Assembly: GCF_000002075.1 (NCBI RefSeq)
Contig: NW_004797441.1
Span: 844,379-908,378, forward strand
Direction of reading: 5' to 3'
DNA length: 64,000 nt
Origin: Aplysia californica
Lineage: Eukaryota
In this document: piece after piece, positions 1 through 14,911 of the stretch
Numbering within the stretch: the stretch's first letter is position 1
How the letters are laid out: every line of letters begins with the position of its first letter
Made by a program: the position numbers and the translations under genes
Notes under the pieces: generated by a model
Seen by the model: the letters and a program-made list of their open reading frames with translations, nothing else
Told to the model about the DNA's origin: nothing
The model's database searches: none

Positions 1-1796
1 GGGGGGGGCGGGTTTTGTGTAGTAGGCCAGGTCAAGTAAGTTCGGAATGGAGGGCTAAAGTTTGGAGGACTTGCTGTAGCTGTTAGTGCTGGTTGGACCC
101 AGTTGCTGTCGCTTTTGCCATTATTAATTACCGGTATGCCTTTTACTGCTGCTGTAACTTCTGCGTTGACATGCAGTCTCATTCACGTCCATTTATTCTC
201 CTTAGGCGGTCAGGGGTCCTGTTATCTGGAGTAGGGGCCTAAACAACACTGTAGCTATAAATGGCTCCTTAGCAATGTCCGCATAACTTGTTTTGATAAC
301 TGAGCAGTGGGCATATATTACACGATACGCTCAAATTGGGAAGTCATTAATTTGTTATCCCTGCGTTGTTTAAAAGAGCAAACGAAAACGAACGCGTTTG
401 ATGACAATTAGAAATTTCTCCATATCCCCCATTCCAAACTGTCCTTTTGAACCTTACATTATTGTACTTTCTACGTATTATTGAACGTTATTTCGTTGGG
501 GGCACGAAGATCCCACGTGCTCACAAATTCGTCCTCAGCTGTCAGTACCCTGGGATTCCCTACTTAAAGGTTATATTATTATGCCTCCCACTCCTACCTC
601 TAAATAAAGTACGTGTACTTTTAGTTTTAGGCGTACGCCTATAATTATTTAATTTGGCTATACTATAAGCTAATAACAAACAAAAAACCGTTGCATTTTA
701 ACGCAGTAGACTCCCTTGCGAAATCAGCAAAGGGGGGGGGCTCGATGCTCAATGATGATAAACGTTTTAAAATAGTAGTTTTAGTGCTCACTTTTTAAAA
801 TGTAGGCTACTTTAGTTGGCTTGAATACCGTAGTGTAGTGAACAGTATGAACGATGAGAACTCAAATCGTAGGCCTACAGCTGAGAGGAGGTTCGATCAG
901 TGAGTTTATTATGGATGTGCCTAAGGATGGGATTCTGATGACATTCATTTCAAGTGAAATAGAGGGAGTATTTCAAGTTAGGCGTTGAGTCCTCTTGTTT
1001 AAGTAGGCTTCTATCATATACTCTTACAAAACACGCTGTAGGCACACTGATTTGGAAGGCCTCCGGAAACAGGTGTAAGATCTAGACAGGTGGCATGTGG
1101 GAGGGCAGCGTGGTGGTAGCCTGTATATATATGTAAAAGAGGGCGTGGCTGTGCTCATGATCAGTGTAGACATGACATTTTTAATTAATACTATTTAGAG
1201 AGACACAAAATGGCGCTGTCTAGACCGAGTGAGAGGAGGAGTTTTCACAGATAATCATCATCGGTTGGCTGGCCTACTTATTAACGGCTCCTCATGAACA
1301 ATTCACTTCAATTTAGTCCCCCCCCCCCACCCCTGCTTCCCTATTGTTTTGTTCCTCTGAAATTCATACACATATCTACTGTCAATTTTAAAACTTAGAA
1401 GGACATATTGTAAGATATCTTGGTGATCCTTAAACATCAGCAACATTCCTATTGGTTCTCAGTGTCAGTTGTTTTTTTATGTCAAATTGTGTTCTTTATT
1501 TATTAATTAAGCCGAGATAGTGTCATAATAGGCAGGTAGGAAGACATACAGATATGCAAACAGTCAGGTAGGTAAGTAGCCTTACTGGCTGGTTGACTCA
1601 CTGACTGACTGACTGACATGCTGTATATACAAAGAGCAGAACTGAACCAGCAGACAGGTATTTTATAACATTATGATGGATAGTTGACTCACTCGTAAAG
1701 TTATATAAATCCCTACATATTTTATTCATCCTGTTCCAGGGAGGAGTTCGAGCCCCGAGGTCAGCCAAGCCTTTCCTCGCCTAGCGTTCTGCCACA

Positions 1797-4700
1797 ATGG
1801 ACGCGCTGATACTCAAGACAGACTTTAACCACAATGATGAGGAGAAACATGAGAACTTTAGGTAAATGCATTGTTATTCATATTACATATTTTGTTTTAT
1901 GATTTTTGGGGGTTAAAAAATCAGTAATAAGTCAACCAAATGCTGGCAACCCCATACCCAGAAAGACTGATTAATTTTTCAAGAGTCATCATCCGTGTCG
2001 GTCATCCTTCTGTAATCCCAGTATTTCTCCTGAATGAGGACAGCAAAATGGTTTACCTAGAATAGAACCGAATAGCCCAGTTGATTCAGAATACAACAGA
2101 ACTATGTTCTCAACTCTGACTCTGGTGGTTGCAGTGGCAATCTATATGTAAACATGTCATCTTGTAATCAAAACACAAGGTATATATATATAGGAACTTC
2201 AATAAAAGTAAATTTTCACCCATTGTTGAAATAGGCTAAATCATCTTTCGCACTTGGCGTCACAGCGACCCAATTGTGGCTTCACAGAGAGATGAGAGCC
2301 CGGATGTCCATGGTCAAAAAAGTTCTGAGTCCTAGTTTACTTTTACCGAAACTTCATGTTTTCTTTCAAAGACCCCCCCCCCCCCCCTGAACATCTCTTC
2401 GTTTTCCGACCCCTCAACCCCCGGGCCCTTATTCTAAACCCCCCATACCCCCCCCCCCCCCAACTCCCTCTCCCAACATAATTAAGGTTCGAGTACTTAT
2501 CTGATGCTAAGTAATTAGAGAGCCTTGGAAAACTCCTCAAATAACTGATTGAGGTTCAAGCAAGGATCATCCACACCATAGCCCAGCACGTTACCAACTG
2601 AGCTAATAAATAAATGTGAGATTTTAAAAAAGCTGGCTCTGTGAATATCATATATTATTGTAGTTCGAAGAATGGAAGGAAGTAGATACCATTTCTCCCC
2701 CCTGACCTCCCAAAAGCCACTCTATGTGTGTCTTTAGCCCTTACACATACCCATCAGGTTATATATTATGTTATAAGCGCCATAATAGAAGGCGAGTGAG
2801 AAAAAACCAAGAAGCAAATATAGTCAGTATTTCCTTATTTCAGGGATGCCATGGATGAGTGGTCATCTAGTCACATGGAGGAGTCAGGCTTGAAAGATCT
2901 GGTGAAGGGGCTGAATGCTCTCGCTGACCGACTGACTGGCAAGGACATTCCTGATCTCGGCTCTGAGGGTTGGGAGCAAGCCGAGTATGCCTTTAATGAG
3001 ATCAACAACATTGCAATGTGAGTACCGCTAAAAACAATGAGTGTTTACTTTTGAAGGAGAAATGGTTGGGTGGGGGGAAGGTAACAGAAACGGCTGTGTG
3101 CGAACTTTAAGGAATTATAGTATCAGAGGTGTTGACACTCTTTTGGGGAGACCGTGAGATGTATTTGTTTATCCACATATTACAGGTGTTTCTGCATAAT
3201 CAAACTGACAATATTTTTGTTCTGAGAGAGGAGGGGAGTAGATGACATTCCCTCTCCCTGACCCCTCGAGAACCCATCCTTATGCCTAATATATTCCTTG
3301 AAAGTATCTTTTAAAAATTCCCTTTTGGACTGTTTTTCCAGATTGGTGTTGTTACCAGTTTCATGTACATTTAGAAATTCATAATTTGATATGCCCTCCC
3401 TCACGCCCCCCACTCCTCCCATTTTGTACACATTACAACCCCTATTAAACAACTAATCAAGTAAGACATTTCTTCAACATATACCCATTTGTCTCAGTTG
3501 CACAAAGTTTTCATTATTTCATCCTTTTGCTGTACCGGTAACATTGCCATGGATGCTGCAACAAACTCAAGCCAGCAAACTTTAGAAAAGAAATTATGTT
3601 TCTCTCATCTGCATAAGATATCTAGTGATACAAGGAAAAAACTCTGAAGTTAGAATTCAACTTGAGTCCTTATTATAACTTTCTTGGCCTTCTCTGAGTA
3701 TTTTGTGCCAACCCTAAATATTGTCAGATGATATACTTTTCAACCTGGTCCGAGTCAATTAAGATATTTAACAACATCAAAAGAGTAACACGCTGTATTT
3801 GTTTGGATTTTTTCATTGTATAAAACAGCCACAATATCTCTCGAGAAGCGGTACAGGCCAGTGAGTTCCACGAACCATACTACAACTTTATCCTTCGCTA
3901 TATGGAATTTGGGCCCGGCACTATTCACATGCGCATTATCTCAGAGTGCCTTGAGGACAGTTACTTGGAACTTAACACCTATCTGAAGGTGAGCGTATGC
4001 ATCATGTCATTATCAGAGGCAAGTTCTGTAAGGTACATGAGAATGGTAGTATTTGTTGGGTGCAAAGCAGACTTTATGTCCTAGAACGACTGTGATTTTT
4101 AATTGGAACAGACAGGCGAAAAAGCTTATATTGTGAAGTTGTGGAAGTCTTCAAATGAAAGAAAAACATGAATTTGATTATTTTCTCAGACTTTTGAAGA
4201 CTCACGATTGTGAACATCACATATCCAGTCTAAGCTGATATTATCAAGGCCTAATTATAAACTAAAATGGGGGAAAGTGCAAGAGTTTGATATTATATAT
4301 ATATGTATTTGGCATGATAGCAATCTTGATNNNNNNNNNNNNNNNNNNNNNNNNNNNNNNNNNNNNNNNNNNNNNNNNNNNNNNNNNNNNNNNNNNNNNN
4401 NNNNNNNNNNNNNNNNNNNNNNNNNNNNNNNNNNNNNNNNNNNNNNNNNNNNNNNNNNNNNNNNNNNNNNNNNNNNNNNNNNNNNNNNNNNNNNNNNNNN
4501 NNNGAGGGGTGTGGGAGGGTGGAAAGGAAGGAAAAGTAAATATTACCAGAAATGTTACTTTTTAGACACAGAATAAATCTTGTCAAATCATGATGAAATA
4601 TGCAATTTCCATGAATACAGATTAAACTTGGTTTTGATGCATATTAGTGAAACCATATTTTAGATATATTATACAGTTTGCACTGTAATGTTATGACAAT

Positions 4701-5199
4701 GTATTGATAATGTGACAAAATTGTTTATGCTCAGTCAAATCCATGTGTTTCTAGGTGCACTTGTTCAGTGTTCAGTTAATTCCAAGCCCAGAGTTCAGCC
4801 TTTCTTGATGGTGCTCAAGTCAAGCCATGAATATTGTATCATTAGAAAGCTATCTATAAACTCCAAAAATAATGTGTTTGGTTGTTTTTTTTACAGGTTT
4901 TGATTGTCTTCAAAACTCTTACATTAATCTATTTTGTTCTGGGGTTTTTTCTTCTTCAGTCTCTCAAAGGACAAAAACTTAACAGGCTTTTGGCAGCTCT
5001 AACCAAAGACATTAGGCCAAAAGAGATGGTGGGCAAGTCAGAATTTGCAGAAAAATATGATCAGTACATATCACAGTTTGAACGAGAAGTTTTTACGTAA
5101 GTACATTCCCTTCAACCCCTTCCTCCACCAACCCCCATAGATGTTTCTCCCTTTTCTCTCCCTGTCTTTGTTTCTTTATCTCTCCTTCCCTCCCCCCCC

Positions 5200-5233
<34 letters not shown>

Positions 5234-8200
5234 TGCTCTTTTCCTCTCTTTCTCACTTTCTCTCTATCCTCCCACCCCCACCCCCATAAGACTTCTACAA
5301 AATTGTGGATGGATTATTGAGAGCACTTTTTAAAAAGTGAACCCCCTCCTAGGGCAGCATCTTTGATACCCGCATAAGAAAATACATTAAAAATGTTGTG
5401 TACCTTTGTGGAAAGGGGAATAAAACTTAATGAATTAGCACCATCATTTTTGAGGGTTGCAATTTCGCCTTACTACTTGGGGCAGCTATGTATTACCTCA
5501 AGAGATTTGCTCTTATTGTATGAGAGCTTATCAGCTCCTATTAGACACTTTGATTAAGCAAGTAGTATCGGAAAGTCGAAAGTCCTTCACAACATGGATG
5601 ATTTTGGATTGATTATTATTTTAGTGATAGTAGAGGACACTCCATACAGAGATGAGGAGGGTTGTCTTTAAAAAAAAAGCCCAACAAAATTCAAACGCAT
5701 TCACACAGATCAGAGATGATCCAGGAAAACCTCAAAGTGTTTTTAGACTTCTACACCCATCTGAGCCTGGACTTCCTCGATGAAGAGGAAGATGCCTGTG
5801 AGACGATGGGCAGTTTGGGAGAGCAGATCTATCGTGCTTTGGATGACCCATGGGAAGTAAGTCATAGCTAGGTCATCTACTTTTTTTCTGAGACAAACAC
5901 ATTTACATATCTACTGACAACTTAGCCTGCAGGTACCCATATTGTGTTCTGCAAGTAAAACTCAAAGCAAAGGGTGTTTCAAAGTGAACATGACTTCCAA
6001 AATATATTATGTCAAAGACTTCGTTAAAAAAAATATTACTATTAATAAAGAAATTATTTGGTCTCTCTGATCTCATGCTTTTGTTGATACATGCACTGTT
6101 GCTTTCATATTTTGTGCACTGATCACACTGATTTCTATACAGATAAGAGAGAGATGTTCTGTTTTCATTCAAAAATCTTTCTGGTGTCCACATAGAGCAA
6201 AGGCTTGTTAATGTTAACATGTATCTGTGATGCTTCTTTTCTTGTGAGAATGTTATTATTTTTTTAAACTGTCGCTGTCAGCAACAGAAGGCCAATATCT
6301 TCTCATTAACTTCTGTTGTCTTTTTTTCTAGAAATTCAAAGACATCCCAGTTATCAAGTTGTACTTCCAACGGCTGACTACGCTCTTCAAATCACCAAAC
6401 TTTCCCTCACATGAAAGAGCTCTTAGGGTTGTGAAAGAGTACACTAGTAACATCTGCCCCAGTCTCGGGTAGGTCTTGCATTTGCTCATCATTATTCATC
6501 ATCTGTCCATATTTTCTTGTCTGTCGTTCTTTCTCAGGTTTTCTTTTTTTCTTTTCTGTTCTCTAATTCTTTTATAGAAGGAATGATACAATAATTAGTA
6601 TGTGAGACAGCGTGGTGAAATCAGGCGCTCGTGAAAATAATGAAAATGAAGAAACTGGCATTTTTCTGCAGGTTTCGGAATTTTTTTCAAATGTTTGTTT
6701 TTGGCTCAACACCTTCTATGTCCATTAAAGAACACATTTCTGTGTGGATTTTTATTGAAAAACATTGATTGGAGGCACAAAAATGTAAATTTTCAGTTTC
6801 CACGGACTTTCAAGCAAAGAATAACAAACTTTGGTGGCCATTTTCTTGCAAATTTTACCTATGAAACCATGTGACCGCACTTCCTTCAATTGCCAATATC
6901 TTGACTTGTATCCAAGATAAATGGATATTCTTTTCATCAAAAGCAAGACAAATGCACAAGCTTTAAGATGATACCAATAACTCTGCGTGCCCAAAAATTG
7001 ACAAACGCCTGACTCCACCTTGTCGCGACACATATGCCTACAAAATGCAATAAAACTACCTATTTTCCTCCCTCTGTCTGTTTTTCTTTATTTTTTTCTC
7101 TGCCTGCCTATCTGTCTGTTTCTCTCCTCCATATCCCCACTCTCTTTGGCACTCCCTTTCTTACCCCCCTCTCTTGTCTCTCTCATTTTCATTGCCCCCC
7201 CCCCCCCCCCCCATGTGTGGTCCTCTTACAAACATTTTAACACTGACCACACAATATATTCTTCCTGTTATCCATCTTGGGAAACAGAAAGCCCACAAGG
7301 GGCCTTCGTAGCTCACTGGGTTTTTTTTAACTTTAACTTGAATGAAGAGTTGAATAATTCATCCTCCTGCTTGTGTACTGGGATCTGAAGTGGGGTTTGA
7401 AAAGGGCTGAGGTGGGGGTGAGGGGTGGGGGTAGTTTGCAGGTGCATCATCCTGGAGTTTTCATCACACCGTGTCCTTCTGTCAACCTCTTTTTCTTTCT
7501 TCTCAAGTTCTAACTTGGGATTTGTAAAATGTGGGATTGGTGTTCCATAGATTCCACTGACACACACATATTTGTGATTGTTATTTTTTGTCTTATAACA
7601 GCACACAAGGTCTGGTGTTAGAGCTGTATGAAGACATCATTGATCTTGCTGTAGCCGTTTCTCACTGCTCCTTCAGTGATAAGGACCTCTTGGTTAGGAT
7701 ATTCAACTCCTGCGTGGACTTTTTCAGAAAACTTGAGGATCAGCACATTGCAGTATGTCATGAAACACTTGCTAACCTAATGTTTTCTTTTTGTTTTGTT
7801 CGTTATAAAAGGCCGCATTCATAGTCTTTTTAACCTCTACAGTCAAGCTGGCTATGTAATTGGATTTTATTTTACTTTACATCAGTAACTGTATTGGGCA
7901 GATCCCATACAGCAATGTATTCCATCACTGTTACTGTTAGTAAAGATGGGTATAAAAAATTCTATAAAGACATAGATCTACCTCTTCTTTTTTTACTTGA
8001 ATAAGGTGGGTGACTATGAGTCATGTGTTACTTCCATAAACAACTGGTGGTAATTATTTACAATTTGCATCATTAGTGCAGTACACATTTGGATTAGGTA
8101 CTGGCCAAGATGCTCTGTGTTTATTTTAAAAAATGAAAGACTTGCATGAAATGTTGAAGATACTCTAACAAAAGACAAAGAACACGAACACACTTTATAT

Positions 8201-11200
8201 TTTTCTTTATCATACACTAATAAATTAGTCTTTATGGTGTTTTGTTCAAGTCTTCCAACCCTCTCCAGTTTTTGGAATTAATTAAATGTGATGTCTATCT
8301 TTAAAATTTCATATGATTTTCCTCAAGATTTCCAATACAGCACATCCAAGTACGTCTAAACCCCTGATCTATAGCCCCCTTTTTAAAGACTACATCAGCT
8401 GAACCATGAGAGAAAGAAGCCAATCCCATAATGGATCTTGTTCATTTTCCACAAAGGTCCACAGACTTTAAGTCATGCAAAGAGAAACAACCATAAAAAA
8501 ATATTATGTTATTAACTTTTCTCTTTTCTTTATTCCTTTCACAGAAGAAACCAGATGTATTCAAGGCTGTAGCCAAGAAGTACACGGAAGCAATAGAAAA
8601 ACTAGACTTCCAGTTCCTGTCTGAAGAAAATTTCGCGGACAAGATAGCGGATGACGTTTTGAGAAAAGCATATGCAAAGTAAGGTAGTTTCTGTAGGATG
8701 TTTATACAGAAATCCTCAACAATTGTGTAATAAAAACATTTTCCTGTTGATACAGGAATTTCCAATAACTGTGTAATAAAATGGTTTCCTTAAGCTGTTA
8801 TTGGGGATTGCACAGGGGGGGGGGGGGATTGTTTTGTAGAGAATATATTTTATTTGTGTGGCTGGTGTTCGACCCTACCCTCCCACTGCTCTGCCTGTAA
8901 ATGGAAAATACACAACATCAGGCCTACAATTAACGGGTGTGGCTGTAGGGCTGAGTCTGATGAGACAAGTGGGTCCACTTACAGACTTATACCTTGTCTG
9001 TTTTATTTTAATTGTTCACGACTATGCGGTGCATTATAAAAAACTTCATGAATAAGTCCAGTGATGTAGGGACAATGAAGTGTTATCTTATCTTTCCCTG
9101 TCTTGGCTTATCTTATCTCATCACATGTGCATTTGAGCAAAACTGTAGAGAAGAAGAACTATGCTATTGCCCTTTTTTAATCAATATCAATAAGCATAAC
9201 AATTAATATTATTTAAAGAAGATTCATGAACTACTTTATTTACTATCTCATTTATGTTCATTTTGTTTTGAGGAGAGCCACGATGCTCTGTAGCTCAATT
9301 GCTGTCACTGAAAAATATGTTGAGTAATGAAGGCAACTAACTGCTTATTCTTACATTAGACATTCTATGTTTGATCATCTTTATAACAAAGTTTCAATTT
9401 TGAAATTGACATTCTTTTGAAGGCATTGCATTGTGTGGGACATTATATGTTTTTGGTTTTTGCAGACATATTTTTTTTGACTAACTGAATGAGCTATGCC
9501 CAATTATGTGTGTGTGTGGGGGGGGGGGGGGGTGCTTTTTCTTACAAGGAAAAGAGTTTGAGGAAGGCAGGGGGCCACTACTAATAATAAAGTGAATGTG
9601 GTTTTCTTTGGTTAAAAAGAAGACATGCTGAAGCAAATGATACATTTTGTTCCAGGAACAAAACACTTGATGGCCTTTGGGTGAGTCTGATAGTGCCTCT
9701 TTTGAAACGGCCATGCATCGAGACAATGCGTGCCTGTCAAACAATAGTCTCTGAAAGTGACACAGTCAAGTGGAAGGTGAGTCAAAGAGTGCAGTTATTC
9801 TTTTCTCTAAGAGATTAAACAGACTCTCATGCAAACAGCTCCACTTTCAATTAAAAGTGCATTTAGCTAAGAGACACTAAATTTATTCGAATGTTGAATA
9901 GGTTTCATGACAGCTTGCAGCACGAAATTGTTTCATTATTATAAACTATTTATCATTTCCACGTAATGGAACTTCTTACTAGACGATCTCAACCATTCAT
10001 TGATGCGAACAGATTATACTAGAGGATGTCGTCTGTATACATGTATACGATTTATGAACTTAAATAAGATGCTGAATAAAGTAGTTGTCAAATCTTTTAC
10101 TCTGCCACACCTAATCAAAAACTTTTGGAGAAATTAAATCTTAGTATCTTCCAAAATATCTGAATGTTCTTTTACTGATGAATTAAAGAATCAACAGTTG
10201 TAATTACGGTTGTGAATAAAACAGTTTGAGACAAAAAAAGTGTTTAACGTAATATGGCGCAAACATGGTTAGAATCAAACACTGACGATATATATGTATA
10301 CATATATTACAGCAGCATTATACAGTACCTTTTTTTATTCTTTAAACGAACAGTCTGAATTTTTTCTTCGTAGGAACACCCTGAAACCGCCAGAGAGTTG
10401 TTTGATGTGATTGCCTCTCTGCACCTCCCAGAAAAATATAAAGATGACGAGAATAAGAAAGAGCGATATCTCAAGACAGTTATTAGCATCACCAAGGCTT
10501 TCCTAGAGGGGCTCAAGTCAGTACAAGCTTCTCACACTCGGGATCTCACAATATATGTACTGTACTGTTTAATTATGCATAAGTTCTTGGCAGCTCAGGT
10601 CACAGTAGAATATGAGCTAGGCCTGCCTCAGAGATGTTCAATGTTTCATTTTGAGTGGATCATCTATTTCTACCATCTCACATTGTATTTTCCTCTCACC
10701 ATGGTGCCAGTTAAAGGGAATCAGTGAAAGGGAATCAACTTCAATTGAAATCTTTTAATTGATTAGGGGAACAATATCTTATAATAATATAACTAGAAAA
10801 AGCAAGCAATTATGTGCTGCACTTAATAAGCATCTTACTCACACATTGAAGGCATTTTGAAAGGTCACGCCCTTTCTCTTTTTGGTTTAATAAGTAATGG
10901 ATATCTTGATGTGGAGAAAAAAATTTGAGATAGGCATGAAATAGGGATGCTGAAAAGCTTTCATTATCTTATATAGGAAGCCAACATGTGCAGTTTTTTT
11001 TTGAAAATATACGCTCAGAACCAGATTCTTAGTCAGGACTGCTCTAGCTGCATGTTAATGGCTTCAAAGATGGTTATTGTTCTGCATCATACAACATGTA
11101 TATGATTATTGACAGTTCCAAATTATGTATGTGAGTCCAATAATAGAAAAAACTACTAGTGCCCATCCCTCTTGTTGTCTATAACTCCAGCTTGATTTTT

Positions 11201-13375
11201 TTTTTACTTCTTAGGTTGTTTTTTTTAACACCCCCATCAACACAATTTATCTGATCATTTAGGTGGTGGGCTGCTGACCCTGCTATCAGGCCAACCTTAG
11301 CTGAGAGGGACACAATGGCATAGCAGAAAGACTGAGATACTTGATAAAACTTTCTCCCCACCTGGGGATCAAACTTGGGTCTTCTGCATGCAACACTGAA
11401 GCACATAACTACAACACTATAGGCATTGTTGTTTGTTTGTTTGTTTTTCTACTTCAATCACATTGCTCACAAACAGAGATGAAGTAGAATTTCAAGATAC
11501 CCCCAATCCACCCACCCCTCTCTTGCTGAGCAGTTGTTTTTCCTATATTAATAATTGCATCCATCGACCTCCATTCGACCTTTCTGTTTGTACTTATAAT
11601 TTATTGTTCATCTAGTGCCACAGTTCATACTATTAATCTATAGCTTTGTGAACTGCATGGTTGCCTAATATGATTGAACCATACTTATTCTTTTTGGCTC
11701 CAGTCATGTAATTCCCTAGCCCTATGTGTTTGCTCTAGTTTATTTTACAATGTGCCTATTGACGCCCAAGGTGCGATCTATGAAAATACTATACAGATTT
11801 TCTAAATTATGTTCATGTCTTCTTGGTGTTTTTCCTGCTGTTGAACAATGATGAGGAGGATAATGAGGAAGATGATGAAGATGAAGGGGTTTTCCAGATG
11901 AAAAGTCAGGCACCTTGCGCTGAAAATCTTTCAATATTTTGCTTATGTATTGTCTTTTCAAGATTTTGTCTTACGTTACAACAAATGATTATAATAATGA
12001 TGTGGATTGATTTATTGCAGGAAAGCTAAAATGCTCAAAGAATATGGAGAAAAGATGTTGTCCCTGGTTCTTACATGCATCGAAATGAATGACGTCCTCA
12101 TGTTTGAACTTGGGGAAGAGATTGGGGACAGAACAGAGCTCAACATAAAGGTAAAATTTCAGTAGTGTCCTTTTAGTGTTGCTGCTTTTAAGAAAGTTAA
12201 ACATGTTTTGATGTATGCTCCTCATATTGTATTGTTGAAAGCAGTAACGACCAAAAATGATAGCAGTGGTTAAATATTATTCATTCCTCTTTTTCTTCAA
12301 ACTGTCTCTCATTTTTATTCTGTAGTTTTAAAAAAAGGATAGGAACTCTCGGACACTTTTCATTTTAGCTAATGTTAGTGTTGTTGCTATTGTTAACTCT
12401 TTCAAGCTGGGGTGAGCCTCTTTCTACTGGCCGTAACATGAAAAAACACTTTCTCAGAGGTGAACTTGCCTTTGGCAAAAGACTTGAAGGACACCTCCTG
12501 ATGCAGTACAAACATATCTGAGCATCAACACAGATAGCTGGGGAGACACTGCAGCCAAAAACATCCACTGGGCTGCTTAAGCTAGAAATAGCTGAAGAAG
12601 TGTGAGGAGAAGCTCCTGGACTCAGAAGAAGAGAAGAGAGCCAGATGGAAGACACTGGCACTTGCAGATGTCCTCATACTTTAAGAATAGCCATATCTGC
12701 GCCTTGTTGTGCTGGGATTGCCACTCCTGCATTAGTCTCGCCAGCCATTAATTATGCTGCTCTAGTAGCAATACCATGAACTTTTAAGGCACAATTCGCA
12801 TGGTCTACAAGCTATCCAAGGAGACCTGCTACTGTGCAGTGAAAAGAAGGATCAAGATTCAAATGAGACTTTTACACCAAAGCAAGCAATCTATTTATCA
12901 ACGTACCAGTCTACCCAAACACCCATCCACTTACCTACCTATCTAAGCTATCTATTTGTCTGTCTGCCTGCCTATCTGTCTGTCTGTCTATCACTGGGAG
13001 CAAAGAACATTAACCCACAATGCATTGATAATTTACAAAGTACTTGTTATTTATGTACCTTGGTACAAATACAAATGTGCTTAGCAAATACCTTGCCTTG
13101 TAGATAATTTTGCCCTTTGTGAACCTCTTCCTGGCAGTAAAAATCTGAATCCTACTTTTTTTTACTTTTCCCCCTCCACCTCAACCCCAACCCTTTTCCC
13201 GCCTATCCCTCCCTTTGTATTCCTACCAGGAAAGCAAAAAAGCCATCATGGATGCAATGAAAAGATTCCTTGCTATTATCAAGAGTGAGGAATATCCTTG
13301 GGAGGAGGAGTGGGATCTTCAGAGAGCTGCAGAGAAGGTGGTGGACTGTGTTGTTGGACCTGTCAAGTAGGTTTA

Positions 13376-13428
<53 letters not shown>

Positions 13429-13698
13429 CTGTGATCATCATCATCAGGGTCATTCCTGTCAGTGTCAGTAGTAGCAGTAACAGTTGCAGTTGCAGTTGCA
13501 GTGGCAGTGGCAGTGGCAGTATCTGTAGCAGTAGGCCTAGTGGTTGCTGTAGTATCAGAGAACTTCCGATAAGGTGGACTGTGTTATTGAACCTGTCAAG
13601 TAGGTATACATAATTACAGTGCAGCTTCCCTATAACGACCTTCGATATAACGACATCCTCCGTATAGCAACCGGGTGCCCTGGTCCCAATTTTTTCTT

Positions 13699-13729
<31 letters not shown>

Positions 13730-14846
13730 GTATATAACCACATTTTTTTCTAGTCCCGACAATGTCGTTAAAGAGACTGCACTATATTATCATCATCGTC
13801 ATCAGCATCAGTAGCAGCAGTAGCAATGGCAGTGACAGTTGCTGTAATAGTAGCAGTTGCAATAGCAATAGCAGAAGCAGTAGCAGTAGTAGGCCTACTG
13901 GTAGTGTAGAATAGTGGTGGTGGTAGTGGTAGTGATGGTGGTGGTGTAAGTTATAGTGGTGGTGGTGATGTTGTTAGTGGTGGTGGTGGTGGTGTTAGTG
14001 GTAGTAGTTGTAATAGTAGCTGCAGCAGAAACAGAAGTAACAGCAACAGCAGCATTTGTGTTGTTATCATTTGTATTTTACCTGTCATTTCTGTTATTTC
14101 ATATCATCATAGTCCTTGCTATCAATACATTTCTTTTTATTCTTGGCATAGGGATTTACAAGAAAGGGGGTGGAGGGGATATTTAAATATTATTTTATTA
14201 TAATTGACTATTGTTTATTTTTTTGTTGTTTCAACTTTTTTACCAAGGGATACGAAGACATACACCATTGAAGAGATTAAGGTATTTTTGTCTGTGTGCG
14301 AAGCATGCCAAGAGTATGACCCCATTGCTGCCGACTCAGGAAAATTTCCATCTGCCCGAGGACTCATATACATGAAAACTATGAATGGAGTAATTGAATG
14401 GGTAAGTAAAGTCTTGCTGCTTCATGTTTTAAAACACCCAAACACACACACACACAGAGACACACAATCACACACACACCCAATCACANNNNNNNNNNNN
14501 NNNNNNNNNNNNNNNNNNNNNNNNNNNNNNNNNNNNNNNNNNNNNNNNNNNNNNNNNNNNNNNNNNNNNNNNNNNNNNNNNNNNNNNNNNNNNNNNNNNN
14601 NNNNNNNNNNNNNNNNNNNNNNNNNNNNNNNNNTATACACAACATTGCACATACAATCGCACTCAAATACACTCCAGTACATGCACATATACAAACACAT
14701 AGAAACACACATAGACACACACAAACACACACGTACACACACACATACTCACACACACACAGATATTATGTGTGTGTTTGTGTATAATGTTATAACATAT
14801 TTTTTGAAAATTGTAATGTAAAGCGATAGATAGACTTAACGTACAC

Positions 14847-14911
<65 letters not shown>

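Noticed and set aside
841-905. Possible non-coding first exon of the TIR gene (donor GTGAGT at 900)
   Set aside because: The acceptor at 1739 implies an upstream UTR exon, but this donor cannot be confirmed without transcript data.
11846-11900. Acidic peptide [14 protein letters not shown] as an extra exon
   Set aside because: GAT/GAG low-complexity tract with no convincing splice sites; exons 10 and 11 join in phase.
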